This document shows, in pieces, positions 1 to 9,618 of a DNA stretch of 64,000 bases; the first letter of the stretch is position 1, and each line of letters starts with the position of its first letter. The stretch is from a virus. The position numbers and the translations under genes were made by a program. The stretch lies in UHGV virus genome UHGV-1352853. One strand, given 5' to 3'. The notes under the pieces were generated by a model. The model had not been told where the DNA came from. It did not search any database and saw only the letters and a program-made list of their open reading frames with translations.

Positions 1-267
1 AGCTTTAGCTACCTTGAAGAAACGGACGAATCCATTAGTGTTCTTCTCTGCTTCCAGATACTCAGTACGTAGTGATACTTCTGGTGCAATGTTTACTTCT
101 ATCAGGTCTTTGGTAATTCCCAGACCTTTGGCTTGTGCTTCAGATACGATACGAGCAACCCGTGGGTCGCTCTGAGGATACACAATTGTGGAGCCATCAG
201 GCTTCCACAACGTTAGGTTTCGACTGTCAACTGCCAGTGCGATGATAGAAATCAGTTCGATTTTCAT
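1..267 (-). CDS. Partial CDS (N-terminal 89 codons, runs off window), possibly rIIB-like given position immediately downstream of rIIA-like gene
   Basis: ATG at 267 with AAGGT SD upstream on minus strand, 4 nt after stop of upstream gene; open to window edge; product assignment is synteny inference only. Confidence 0.35.
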   Translation of the reverse strand, partial: MKIELISIIALAVDSRNLTLWKPDGSTIVYPQSDPRVARIVSEAQAKGLGITKDLIEVNIAPEVSLRTEYLEAEKNTNGFVRFFKVAKA

Positions 268-271
268 CAGA

Positions 272-2839
272 TTAGTTACCTTTCAGTTTATTTAGACGAT
301 TACGGTAGAGGGACTTAAACCCAGGAATATCCTCTGGATTCTTCTTGAGATGTTTAACTAAACTACCTAAGTCTAGGGTCTGTAGGATGTCGTCATGGTT
401 CCAGCCATAATTGAACAATTCTTTGTATTCATTAAGTACTCCGAAATACTTATGATTACGCGGATTAACCATCATTGTATACGGCTCTAAGTCATCAACT
501 GATTTAATGCAACCCATTTCAACAAGTTTTTCTTTGTTGTTATGCGGTCGATTTCTTAAGAAATCATACGCCCATTCATACTCTGGTTTAAAAATCAGAT
601 TCTGTAATGGTTTGAATGTTAGACCGAGAATATCAAGGATTTCCCAATACTCTCTGTCATCCAGTCCTACGTACTCAAGAATGCCAATACGGTATTCAGT
701 AACATACTTCTTGAATCCCTTACTGGTAATGACAGGCATCAATTCATTAAAGCGAACATCGTCAATGTGGATAGCACCACGTCGTTTGGCTTTGTTAGCT
801 TCGATTTGATTACGACATACAACAGTCTCTGCTTTCATCTCATCGGATAGCTCATACCATTTCCACATGGTGCCAATACTGGCAGTTACTGGACTACCAG
901 AACCAACTTGATTGGCTAACACGTAGTACTTAGGTTGTTCCACTTCAACGAAACCGTACTTCTCATGACGACTTGGGTCAGCAAATTCCTTCTGAATATA
1001 TGGTTTAGATAGCCAATCTCCACTTTTATCTCGTACAGGAGTAGTACCAAGAACTGCATTCAATGAAATTAGAGCATTAGTTTTACCTACTGCTTTGGTT
1101 TTATTGGCAGCTATTGTCTTAGCACGTCTCTCGGCAGCTATCTTAGCTTGCTCTCTGCGGAAGTTAGTTGGTTTGTCCCACTCATTATATTGAGTAAGGT
1201 CAATTACCCGATAACCCATAGCAGTGAACTTAGCTACAGCTTCTTCTGCTGCACCCTTCTTAGGTCCAACAACGTGAACAAAAGCTGTACGCTCCAGGTC
1301 ACCTCGGTTGTACTCAGGGAAATATGAGAAGGAATCTGCACAGTCAGATAAACGTCGTGTAACTACAACGTTCTTGGTGGTGAATATGCCAATACTCTGG
1401 TGGGAGTTATGGTAAATTCTAAAGTAGTCAGTAAGTTTACCTTTTACCAGGTCTACAGAGTTACCTTGGTTCATTATGTAACCAGACCACTTAATACCAG
1501 TAGCTTTTAAAGTAGCAAGCTGAGGTAAGTGCAGATGGCGATATACTAATTCCTGGAATGGGGAATATGTATTTTCCTCCCGGGTATCCTTAAGAGCACG
1601 CATAGCCTTACCATAGAGTTTCTTAAGACCTGCATATTCAGGACGAGCTAATAATGCTTTATTGGATAAGTTCCGCCAGTGCTTGATGTAATGCTTACGT
1701 TGTTTGGCCCACAAACTAGAAGACATATAGCGTTGAACAATAGGGTCTGTAACAGCAAGCAAGAAAGATGGATAGGTCCAGAAGCGAACAGATGCTTGAG
1801 AGGCGTATTCCTCAACCTGTTTAATAGCTTCAGGAATCTTAGCCTTAATCTCTTTCTCCATACGGTCTACTAAATCTACACATAGAGTAGTAATACCATC
1901 GTCAGTTAACTTCTGGTTAGACAGCGTTTCTCGACTAGGAGCAATAGCTAGAGTATCTGGTGCAGCTTGAACTACTAGATTGTCAGCACCAATAATGTTC
2001 ATAAAGTTGAGGATAAGACCTACAGCCTCTTCACTAGCTGGACTGGATACTATTGGGTATATTACGTTACCGTAACGAACAAAGATGTTACTGTTACCCA
2101 TGTAGCCCTGATACCAGCTATCAGACATATCATAAGAACCAGGCTCAAATGACATACCTAGTGTATCCAGCAGAATATAATCACCTTGTTTAATACTATT
2201 ACCATCGTCTGTTCTAACGAGTTTAGGAATGCTAAGTTCAGCTTTAATCTCACCATTAAACACAATAGACTTGATGTAATGTACAAAGGTATTCACATCA
2301 TGTTTGCCTAACTGGAATTTAACTTCCAAACCAGATTCCTCAGTAGGAATATTAGTAACAATAGGAACAATTCCGGGCTTACCATCATTCTCAATCGCAG
2401 CCTTAGCTACGTTATATACAGACATCTTTCCTTGGTTCCATGAAGTAACCTGGAAGCTATCTGTATAAGCGAATGGGGATTTACATCCCAGACCAAAACC
2501 ACCAGTAACACTACTGTTGGACTTCTTAGTAGATGCACCATAGACACCATAGATGGAACCAATGAGTTCATCGGGGATGCCGTTGCCGAAGTCACGGAAG
2601 GTAATAAAGTTGTCTGTATCAATAGTGATACGAATAGGAGTATCAGTCTTACCTGCTTCAATATGAGCATCCCAACTATTACAGATAGTCTCACGGACTA
2701 CTGCTAGAGTGGGATTGTTATATAAAGATGTACTTAATACATGGAAGAATGCCGGGTCATCAGAGATGCCAAAGGCAATTGTTTCTTTGCCACCCAGTGT
2801 CGCTGAGGTAGCTACTTCATTAGTATCTGCAACTAACAT
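272..2839 (-). CDS. rIIA: rIIA-like protein with N-terminal GHKL (HATPase_c) ATPase domain
   Basis: N-box E..NSWDA, G1 box DFGNGI, G2 box GGFGLGCKS near N-terminus; 855 aa; phage rIIA proteins carry this GHKL fold; position in early/middle block of an N4-like genome. Confidence 0.6.
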   Translation of the reverse strand: MLVADTNEVATSATLGGKETIAFGISDDPAFFHVLSTSLYNNPTLAVVRETICNSWDAHIEAGKTDTPIRITIDTDNFITFRDFGNGIPDELIGSIYGVYGASTKKSNSSVTGGFGLGCKSPFAYTDSFQVTSWNQGKMSVYNVAKAAIENDGKPGIVPIVTNIPTEESGLEVKFQLGKHDVNTFVHYIKSIVFNGEIKAELSIPKLVRTDDGNSIKQGDYILLDTLGMSFEPGSYDMSDSWYQGYMGNSNIFVRYGNVIYPIVSSPASEEAVGLILNFMNIIGADNLVVQAAPDTLAIAPSRETLSNQKLTDDGITTLCVDLVDRMEKEIKAKIPEAIKQVEEYASQASVRFWTYPSFLLAVTDPIVQRYMSSSLWAKQRKHYIKHWRNLSNKALLARPEYAGLKKLYGKAMRALKDTREENTYSPFQELVYRHLHLPQLATLKATGIKWSGYIMNQGNSVDLVKGKLTDYFRIYHNSHQSIGIFTTKNVVVTRRLSDCADSFSYFPEYNRGDLERTAFVHVVGPKKGAAEEAVAKFTAMGYRVIDLTQYNEWDKPTNFRREQAKIAAERRAKTIAANKTKAVGKTNALISLNAVLGTTPVRDKSGDWLSKPYIQKEFADPSRHEKYGFVEVEQPKYYVLANQVGSGSPVTASIGTMWKWYELSDEMKAETVVCRNQIEANKAKRRGAIHIDDVRFNELMPVITSKGFKKYVTEYRIGILEYVGLDDREYWEILDILGLTFKPLQNLIFKPEYEWAYDFLRNRPHNNKEKLVEMGCIKSVDDLEPYTMMVNPRNHKYFGVLNEYKELFNYGWNHDDILQTLDLGSLVKHLKKNPEDIPGFKSLYRNRLNKLKGN

Positions 2840-2882
2840 TTATTTACTCTCCAGATTAAATGTTGCTTCTTGGTTATGACTA

Positions 2883-3107
2883 TTAAGAATTTAATGCTGA
2901 TTTACATGCTTCAAATATTACTTTACGCAATTCACGTTCTTTTTCTGGTTCCTCATGAGGACTGTAACCAAAAGGACTGTTTTGCATAAAACTAGCCAGA
3001 ATTAGTAAATCTTCTTCAGATAGACCATCAATAGTGATGGAGTATTGGTTTTTGCTTTTTACTGTAGCGTTAGCCATTTCGTTTCTCCGCCATTGCTTGT
3101 AGTACAA
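2883..3107 (-). CDS. hypothetical protein (74 aa)
   Basis: ORF in minus-strand operon, tight spacing. Confidence 0.35.
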   Translation of the reverse strand: MYYKQWRRNEMANATVKSKNQYSITIDGLSEEDLLILASFMQNSPFGYSPHEEPEKERELRKVIFEACKSALNS

Positions 3108-3432
3108 ATACTACAGCGTTTGAAATTTGGTCATCAGTTGGTTCAACTAATTGACCATTCTCATCATACATTTCTTTCAGAAGTGCATTCAGTTCAGACA
3201 TGCCAGCAAGTACCATTTCCTTGCTTGGTTCCAGCCATAACTTACGTTCTTCTGCTAGTGCAGCAATGCACATACATAAAGAAGCGATGTTAGCTGGACA
3301 AGCAAGAATATCACCTGTAACTGCAATCTCGCTAAGTGGAATAGCCTTGCCGGTTTTACTATGAATAACTTCAGGATTGATCATGGATTTGCTCCAGGTT
3401 ATGGGCAGGAATAGGGAAGCATGGATAGTCAC
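3070..3432 (-). CDS. hypothetical protein (120 aa)
   Basis: ORF co-oriented and abutting neighbours. Confidence 0.4.
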   Translation of the reverse strand: MTIHASLFLPITWSKSMINPEVIHSKTGKAIPLSEIAVTGDILACPANIASLCMCIAALAEERKLWLEPSKEMVLAGMSELNALLKEMYDENGQLVEPTDDQISNAVVFVLQAMAEKRNG

Positions 3433-3589
3433 CAGTAGGGTCTAGTGTTACTGATACATGCAGTGTATTGGTCATTTGGGTTAACATAAGAGCAGCATTG
3501 AAATCATCCTGAATACAGGCATATACAATGTCACCCTTCTCACCCTCGCACATTACGGGTGTGTCTTTGATGCGGTATTTAGCAGGCAT
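3371..3589 (-). CDS. hypothetical protein (72 aa)
   Basis: ORF co-oriented; overlaps upstream ORF end. Confidence 0.3.
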   Translation of the reverse strand: MPAKYRIKDTPVMCEGEKGDIVYACIQDDFNAALMLTQMTNTLHVSVTLDPTGDYPCFPIPAHNLEQIHDQS

Positions 3590-3616
3590 ATGCCCTCCTG
3601 AAAGAGTTAATTAAAA

Positions 3617-3644
3617 CCAAAAAAAGACCTCCCGGAGGAGGTCT
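3617..3644 (-). terminator. intrinsic terminator (AGACCTCC-CGGA-GGAGGTCT then U-run on minus strand)
   Basis: 8-bp GC-rich stem 3625-3644, A-run 3619-3625 on plus = T-run on minus, directly downstream of gene 3650..3889. Confidence 0.7.
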
Positions 3645-3649
3645 TATGT

Positions 3650-3889
3650 TTACTTACTATTTTCTTCAATGAAGCGTCTCATACGTTCCTTTGCTTCATC
3701 ATGTTCACGAATTGCTTCGTAGTCGCGAGCAATATAATAAAGACACCACAAACCAATCTCACTTACGAAGAACAGAATACTGGCTCGAATGAACTGCATA
3801 TCTGTTTCTAATACAAAGGCGACTTTGTATGCGAAGATTAATGTGAGTAAGCCACTAGTTAGCATTGCATATAGAGCTAGTTTTTTCAT
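3650..3889 (-). CDS. small membrane protein (79 aa, 2 TM segments)
   Basis: hydrophobic stretches LLTLIFAYKVAFVL and ILFFVSEIGLWCLYYIA; followed by terminator. Confidence 0.5.
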   Translation of the reverse strand: MKKLALYAMLTSGLLTLIFAYKVAFVLETDMQFIRASILFFVSEIGLWCLYYIARDYEAIREHDEAKERMRRFIEENSK

Positions 3890-4830
3890 TCAGTAATAGT
3901 CTCACCAGGAATTAACTTACGGAATTGGATAAAGTGAAGCAGGTTACCTGAGTACAGATTCCCTTCTTTATCCATGAATGTAACACCTTGCTCCCATGTA
4001 GCTGGGTTCATGTTATTCACACACTTCTCTCCAAGATTCATAGGTGTAGCCTGATGTTCCGTTGGAGAAGCATGAATAGGTTGATTCTCAACTAACTTAG
4101 CAAACAATCCTAAGTCTTCTTCAATAGTAGATGGTCGTCCTTCAAAATTGTTATAGGAAGCACGAGCACAGCGTGCAGCACTTACCTTGAGAAGTAGTCC
4201 AAACATTTCTGCAATACTTGGTTCATCGCGTGTAACTCGATTACGTTTGCAGAAATTATAAGCCCCAACACGGTCACTATGAGTAATATATGGCAGATGC
4301 CAATGTCCATGCGATAGTGTTTTTGGTGAACTCTCTTCTTGTGCCTTACGCATTGCTTGAGCCAGTTCACGAATCTCTGGTTGAGCATCTTTGTGGTCGC
4401 GCAGTCCATAGAAATTAGCCCAGCTTGTTGAAGTTACCACTACACGAATATGTGTGAATGGTTCCAGAATACGGTTAACAATCTGCTTATGTACTTGCCC
4501 ACGTCGCAGCATTTCTGCATATGTAGCAGCACTTGACGCAGCCTGTTCCCAGATAAAGATTGCATCGCTTCGTTGGTCTTCAGACAATTCCTCAAATGCC
4601 TGCATCCCTTTCTGGTTCTTGCCCCAGTGACTTGGCATAACTGGTTCATTACGAACCTGTTCAATAAAACGGTCGGTAGGGATTGCACGACTACTTGAAG
4701 CATTACGGTTGAAGATACGGTGAGTCATAAACTCGCTGTGAATGAATCGGGGATAGACCAATTCAAAGGTTGTGATACGAGTTCCTGTTTCTGGGTGAAC
4801 GGAATCTGCAATAACAGTTGCCTTAATCAT
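3886..4830 (-). CDS. thyX: flavin-dependent thymidylate synthase ThyX-like
   Basis: ThyX-type motif HR-x7-S (THRIFNRNASSS) after EFM; 314 aa typical for ThyX; nucleotide metabolism cluster. Confidence 0.5.
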   Translation of the reverse strand: MIKATVIADSVHPETGTRITTFELVYPRFIHSEFMTHRIFNRNASSSRAIPTDRFIEQVRNEPVMPSHWGKNQKGMQAFEELSEDQRSDAIFIWEQAASSAATYAEMLRRGQVHKQIVNRILEPFTHIRVVVTSTSWANFYGLRDHKDAQPEIRELAQAMRKAQEESSPKTLSHGHWHLPYITHSDRVGAYNFCKRNRVTRDEPSIAEMFGLLLKVSAARCARASYNNFEGRPSTIEEDLGLFAKLVENQPIHASPTEHQATPMNLGEKCVNNMNPATWEQGVTFMDKEGNLYSGNLLHFIQFRKLIPGETITE

Positions 4831-5273
4831 TAGAATGACCTTAGATAGTTGGTAATACCACTGCGGTTTTCTGTAATCTTCTTAACCTGAACGTATACCA
4901 GCTTAAACTCACTACGTGGTAGTTCTTGCAATACTGCTATACCTTCAGTAAGGGCCACAGAACACGCTACAGCGGTTTCTTTTTTAAAGGAGTACAAGTC
5001 TTCATACATGAGGGCTTCATACTCTTTACGGAGCATACAGAGAGCATCTCTTGCCTTATTACTTACTTCTTGCGAACCAGCAGACATAGCTAAGCTGTAT
5101 ATGATAAAGACTTGTTCAAAAACAAAGTCCAGTAATCTATCAGGATTGTTAGTCCCCATGAATAATTTTGTTGTGTAGGAACGAGCTTTACGGTTGAGTT
5201 CGTATTCATCCTCTATACCTTTATTATAAAGAACAGGATTTCGTTCCCTTTTCCGTAGGAATGGGATACGCAT
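4830..5273 (-). CDS. hypothetical protein (147 aa)
   Basis: ORF with start overlapping upstream stop (ATGA-type coupling). Confidence 0.45.
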   Translation of the reverse strand: MRIPFLRKRERNPVLYNKGIEDEYELNRKARSYTTKLFMGTNNPDRLLDFVFEQVFIIYSLAMSAGSQEVSNKARDALCMLRKEYEALMYEDLYSFKKETAVACSVALTEGIAVLQELPRSEFKLVYVQVKKITENRSGITNYLRSF

Positions 5274-5659
5274 TAGTATTTACTACCTCTTCTATACCAG
5301 GGGTAATGATGAGTAGTGCTCTTACCTTTAAACACATCCTTGGTATAAGGATTTTTTTGAATTTGAGCCAAGTAAAGATGTATTTCGTCATAACACGGAC
5401 TAAGCCAGAATTTATCTATAATTCTGTCTACCTTAGATTTCAGATGAGGTTCTGGTGGAGTGTATGAAGTAGCATAAAAAGGTCTGCTAGTAACCCATCC
5501 TTTCTGAACAAGAGCCTGCATTGTTGTGTAAAGATCTAATTCAATTTCATTCTCTACTTGATCATGGATAGTTTTACCTAAAGTAAGCATTGCAGTTTGT
5601 TCCAGCTTACTTAAGTCCAATCCTTGCAGGATAGACTTACCATTTCGTCTGCTTGACAT
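5273..5659 (-). CDS. hypothetical protein (trimmed to ATG at 5659, about 128 aa)
   Basis: ORF-track start 5761 would translate through a terminator hairpin; internal ATG 5659 follows the terminator. Confidence 0.4.
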   Translation of the reverse strand: MSSRRNGKSILQGLDLSKLEQTAMLTLGKTIHDQVENEIELDLYTTMQALVQKGWVTSRPFYATSYTPPEPHLKSKVDRIIDKFWLSPCYDEIHLYLAQIQKNPYTKDVFKGKSTTHHYPWYRRGSKY

Positions 5660-5675
5660 AAGAGTACCTGTAATT

Positions 5676-5703
5676 AAAAAAGCCCACTGGTTAGGTGGGC
5701 TTT
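5676..5703 (-). terminator. intrinsic terminator (AGCCCAC-TGGTTAG-GTGGGCT + U-run on minus)
   Basis: 7-bp stem 5681-5701 flanked by A5 on plus (T-run on minus), downstream of gene 5777..6055. Confidence 0.65.
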
Positions 5704-5776
5704 GGTTAGGAGATGGATAAGCAATGAGCTGGAAGTAACTTCCACAAGCACCACTATGCAATGATGCTTAGGTTAG

Positions 5777-6055
5777 TTACTCTGCTTTACTGCCACCATT
5801 GGTTTGAACAACAGTTACGTTTGTAACCTGGTTCTGCCCTTTATTAGACAGTGACCAAATCAGTGCTACTACCCAGAAGACTAAAGACCAGCCTAATACG
5901 ATATTGAGCACACCAATGCCCCACTTAGAGGCATGGCCTCGTGCAAAAGCAATGATAGTAGGGATAAGGTATACAGCTAATATAAACAACATAACAAGGA
6001 TTGCTGCTAAAGATTCCATGAAGGTTCCTATGTGGGGTTGAGTTAGTTTCTTCAC
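5777..6055 (-). CDS. superinfection immunity protein (Imm_superinfect family) membrane protein
   Basis: two TM helices and motif IPTIIAFARGH..W.I.VLNIVLGWSLVFWVVALIWS matching the Imm_superinfect signature (IPsIIAf.RgH...LN..LGWt..GWvvALiWa). Confidence 0.6.
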   Translation of the reverse strand: MKKLTQPHIGTFMESLAAILVMLFILAVYLIPTIIAFARGHASKWGIGVLNIVLGWSLVFWVVALIWSLSNKGQNQVTNVTVVQTNGGSKAE

Positions 6056-6092
6056 AAATAGCCCAACAATGCTGGGCTATTTAGGCAGCTAC

Positions 6093-6302
6093 TTACTCAG
6101 CATCTTTGCTTGCAGGAGCAAGAGCTTTCTTCAAGTAATTACGTACTGAACGATAGGTTTCTTTGGTTTCCATAGCACCATCATTTACGAATGTGATACG
6201 TGCACAATCAGATAGTGGAACAGATTCCACTGCAACTACGTTTGCAGCATTAATGGTTACACGTACATTTGAGGTTGCATTAGTTACTTGAAATACTGAC
6301 AT
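6093..6302 (-). CDS. hypothetical protein (69 aa)
   Basis: ORF co-oriented. Confidence 0.35.
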   Translation of the reverse strand: MSVFQVTNATSNVRVTINAANVVAVESVPLSDCARITFVNDGAMETKETYRSVRNYLKKALAPASKDAE

Positions 6303-6311
6303 GTTGTTTCC

Positions 6312-6818
6312 TTATTTACTGCTTCTTGCAGCTACGGGTTTGTTTTCCTGGTTCATATACTTGCCATTGTAATTAGCAGGTTCTTGAACCAGATGAAATA
6401 ATACTTGAGCTATCCCAGCACCAGCCGGGATATGCAGTTTCTTACGACCATGATAGACCAGTTCAAGGGTAAGATACCCTTTCCATCCTGGTTCTATTAC
6501 GGTATTGAACACTGATAATGCACGCCTTGCCCAGGTAGACTTATCGTGAACGATAGCTACACAAGATGGGGACATGTTGAACTTCTCAATTGCTGAGGCC
6601 AATGTGAACTTACCAAAATGTCGTGATACTTGCTTTCCATCAACGACCTTCACCATTGGAATCAACCCAAATAAGCGATAGAAGGTAATATCCTGTTTGA
6701 TGCGAATATCATAACCAGCTTCACCTAATCCATAGCTTACACCATGCTCGGATACCTTACGGTCAGGAACATCCAGCAACTGAGATGAGCGATATAGAGA
6801 ATTACCATTAACAACCAT
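6312..6818 (-). CDS. dCTP deaminase/dUTPase-fold protein
   Basis: GYDIR, SVFNTVIEPGWKGYLTLEL and IPAGAGIAQVLF motifs typical of the trimeric dUTPase/dCTP deaminase fold. Confidence 0.5.
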   Translation of the reverse strand: MVVNGNSLYRSSQLLDVPDRKVSEHGVSYGLGEAGYDIRIKQDITFYRLFGLIPMVKVVDGKQVSRHFGKFTLASAIEKFNMSPSCVAIVHDKSTWARRALSVFNTVIEPGWKGYLTLELVYHGRKKLHIPAGAGIAQVLFHLVQEPANYNGKYMNQENKPVAARSSK

Positions 6819-8074
6819 TATTTCATTCCTTTAGGGATATGAACTACCTCCCCAAAAGGTACGGTAGCATTGGGATTATTCAGAACACACCAGATGATAG
6901 GAATATCAAATGGCAATTCCTCCATTGGACGAACATACATATCGGAGAATATGATTGCAGCGGTTGGCTTATTCTTAATAATCCATTCGCGTACTGGTTC
7001 CAGATTTGTACCACCACGACCAGTAATCTTAATCTCTTCAAAAGTATCTTCTTCAGTGATGTCTATTTCTTCTTGGATAATATCGTCGAAGGTAATTAGG
7101 GACATCTTCTTAGGATTGAATTGGCTCTTGACGTAGGCAACCTCTGAGTTAAAACGCAGAGAGTCTGCACTACTAATAGAACCAGATACATCCTCAAAGT
7201 AGGCCAAGTGACGTAAACGTCCTTCATCATCTTCTAGAGAAGGTAGATAGATGTCAGTGTAACGACGGTTAGGTCTGGCCCACGTATAATGAGTATCATC
7301 AATGTCGGTAAAGAAGTTCATAAGGACTTCTTGCCATGGAACTACTGGTTTAAGGAATTGGGTAATAACCTCTTCTATACGACCAGCACCTTTACCTGGC
7401 ATTGTTCCACCAGCCATCTTCTGGCTTTGCATTGCACGTACTACGTTGTTGACGACAGCACCCTGGGACTGCCCCGGAGTGGGGGATTTCATGTCGCCAG
7501 CAAGACCTGCTCCAGCACCCCCTGACGGCTTCTGCCTTTTCTGAGGATTCTTCATCAGGTCATCGTAGATGTCTTCTTCGACCCATCCTTTATATTGTGG
7601 GTCTTTGCAAATACCTTTGTCGATACCAGTGAACTTGTAACCATCTTCTTCTAACTGAAGGTTAATGAAATGGTCACATGCCTGGTTCCAGACTTCCAGG
7701 TCACGGCTTCCACGACGGATGTCATGCAAATATGCTACATGCCAGAGTTCGTGCATTAACACTGTTTCTCTTGCATCTGGACACATCCATATAAAGAAAT
7801 CTGGATTGAAATGAAGTTCTATCCCATCAGTACATGCAGTGGGACAATCCTCACGTTTCCATGAGAATTTAAGACTACACAGTAATGAACCAAAGAACGC
7901 TGCACTGCGTCCTAGGAAAGCCTTAGCTTGAATACGATCATATTCGCGCATTAGTTGTTCATCACTAAGGGAGTGCTGAGGAAATTGGTTCATTGTTTTA
8001 TCCGTGAATGTAACGAGAGATGTTAGCAGCAGCCTTACGCCATTCAGGGGTAGCCTGAAGATCTGGTAATGCAT
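6818..8074 (-). CDS. VWA-like domain protein with N-terminal HExxH metallopeptidase-like motif (DUF2201-type MoxR partner)
   Basis: HELWHVAYLHD zinc-binding motif; glycine-rich linker; C-terminal half consistent with VWA-like domain; immediately downstream of MoxR-type AAA+ gene as in MoxR-VWA pairs. Confidence 0.5.
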   Translation of the reverse strand: MHYQIFRLPLNGVRLLLTSLVTFTDKTMNQFPQHSLSDEQLMREYDRIQAKAFLGRSAAFFGSLLCSLKFSWKREDCPTACTDGIELHFNPDFFIWMCPDARETVLMHELWHVAYLHDIRRGSRDLEVWNQACDHFINLQLEEDGYKFTGIDKGICKDPQYKGWVEEDIYDDLMKNPQKRQKPSGGAGAGLAGDMKSPTPGQSQGAVVNNVVRAMQSQKMAGGTMPGKGAGRIEEVITQFLKPVVPWQEVLMNFFTDIDDTHYTWARPNRRYTDIYLPSLEDDEGRLRHLAYFEDVSGSISSADSLRFNSEVAYVKSQFNPKKMSLITFDDIIQEEIDITEEDTFEEIKITGRGGTNLEPVREWIIKNKPTAAIIFSDMYVRPMEELPFDIPIIWCVLNNPNATVPFGEVVHIPKGMK

Positions 8075-8736
8075 TGCCTACTGTACGGAAGTACAGAATC
8101 TTATGGGTGAACGTTTTAAATCGTTCAATGTACTGAAGAACATCAGTGAAGTTTTCTTCAGTAGTTTTGTTAGCCAGATGGTTAACGGTAGCCCAACACA
8201 GGTTGTTATCTTCAGGTAGTGCACAGCCCAAAGGGTCTTTTACTACCTTCTCAATCGTAATCATACGATTGTATACCTGAGTAAACTGAACAAATTCTGT
8301 AGCCTTACCAGCAGTAACGTGGCCTGCATAGTAGATAGAATCTTCATCAGGCAGAGCACCTTCAGGACGGTTCTTGAGGTCTTTGTTAACAAAGTCCCAA
8401 GTACGAGGGCAGCAGAACGTTTTGTTCTTATGGGCTGGGTCAAAGTCATGCAGATAACCAGGGTTAGCATGTAGGAATGCAACCAGACGTTCATCCCATT
8501 CTTGCGGAATCATTACATCTTCAACAAAGATGTCGAAGTTAAGTTCCATTTCGAAGTGGACAACACGAGACTGCATTGCAGTACCCAGTGGGTTAACAAT
8601 TGCACGGTCAGTAGCTTTGTTACCTGCACAGATAATCATCACATTAGGATGAAGTTTTTTCTGACCAGTCATACGGTCTAGAATCAGTTTGTATGCAGCA
8701 GCTACTACTTCTTTTCTGGCTGAGTTGAACTCATCG
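7998..8736 (-). CDS. MoxR-like AAA+ ATPase, exon 2 (C-terminal part; frame open upstream of annotated Met to 8736)
   Basis: upstream in-frame extension encodes DEFNSARKEVVAAAYKLILDR (Walker B DE + sensor region) then VMIICAGN (sensor 1) and LGTAMQSRVVH; stop TAA at 8739-8741 lies in proposed intron. Confidence 0.6.
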
Positions 8737-9618
8737 CATTATCTTCACATTAGTTCGCAACTACTAATGCCGTCAGTACACTCAGTGAATACTGACTGCT
8801 GCATGTCACCATGCAGAGGAGACTATATCAAAGCCCTATTACTAGGGCTGTTACCGTTTCGAGTGCCATTAGCTTGCACCCTACTCTACTCACTTCCACA
8901 TTTCTGTGTGTTTTCGATAGTCGTTTGGCATTTAAATGAAATTGGTACTGTACCCAATCTGTGTAAGATTGTTGTTAGTTACGTAGGAGTCATAGGCTTT
9001 GGCAGCCTCTTCCTCTGTTTTGTAACGTCCCAAACCAATAGATTTCTTGTTAACCCTTATATGGGCACACCATCTTTGTCTTTGCTCACTCCAGGATACA
9101 CCTACGTATTTGGAGGAGCCTCCACGATTTTTGTTACTAGCGTTGGCATGTCTGTTCGACAACAATCCAGTATCCCAAGCATGTTTAATATTTTGGGACT
9201 GGGTACACCATTCCAGGTTACTCTCGTGATTATTAAGAGGGTTTCCATCTATATGATTAATAACAGGATAGTTATTAGGGTTTGGTACAAAGGCTATCCC
9301 TACTAAACGGTGAACTTGGTATTTGTACACTTTACTATTCATGTACAGGTTCACGCAGTAGTACCCTTTGTTATTAAGATACGGTTTTATATGTGTCCTA
9401 TTTTTGTATTTATACTTTCCTTCTTTTCGGCGTACTACACCAAAGTTGGAAACTTCATACGGTAAGTCAGGCACATCTTTCCAAACTTCATTATTTAGCA
9501 CAGGATTGTCTCCAATTGATTAAAACTCAAGTATACACCTGAGCCAACCATATTAGAAGAGGTTCCCTGTTTAGGTAACTTTCGACATGAGATTGCTCTC
9601 ATGAAGCCCCGTTAGTTA
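8737..9618 (-). mobile_element. putative group I intron (882 nt) carrying an HNH homing endonuclease ORF, inserted in the Walker B codons of the MoxR-like ATPase gene
   Basis: 5' exon ends in U (9619), intron ends in G (8737); R-like AAACGACUAUCG (8926..8915) pairs GACUA with S-like UUGAUAUAGUC (8831..8821) to form P7; P8 hairpin AGCCCUAGUAAUAGGGCU (8849..8832); P9 hairpin CUGCAUGGUGACAUGCAG (8815..8798); further 3' hairpins; splicing yields LLFL|DEFNSA in frame. Confidence 0.6.
8932..9501 (-). CDS. HNH homing endonuclease (NUMOD4-HNH_3-AP2 architecture), intron-encoded
   Basis: EVWKDVP...YEVSNFGVVRR (NUMOD4), HRLVGIAFVPNP..INHIDGNPLNNHESNLEWCTQSQN (HNH), KYVGVSWSEQRQRWCAHIRVNKKSIGLGRYKTEEEAAKAYD (AP2); GTG start. 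Confidence 0.8.
   Translation of the reverse strand: MLNNEVWKDVPDLPYEVSNFGVVRRKEGKYKYKNRTHIKPYLNNKGYYCVNLYMNSKVYKYQVHRLVGIAFVPNPNNYPVINHIDGNPLNNHESNLEWCTQSQNIKHAWDTGLLSNRHANASNKNRGGSSKYVGVSWSEQRQRWCAHIRVNKKSIGLGRYKTEEEAAKAYDSYVTNNNLTQIGYSTNFI

Noticed and set aside
507-2694. Plus-strand ORFs (507..809, 1679..1873, 2407..2694 and others) lying inside the rIIA-like gene, plus similar antisense ORFs inside vRNAP, portal, MCP and TerL
   Set aside because: Short, embedded in long well-supported genes on the opposite strand or in other frames, with no RBS or termination signals. These are typical spurious six-frame ORFs.
5273-5761. Full-length 162-aa ORF as listed
   Set aside because: Its first 33 codons would be translated through a strong terminator hairpin (5681-5701) belonging to the upstream Imm gene. 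An internal ATG at 5659 after the terminator is the likelier start.
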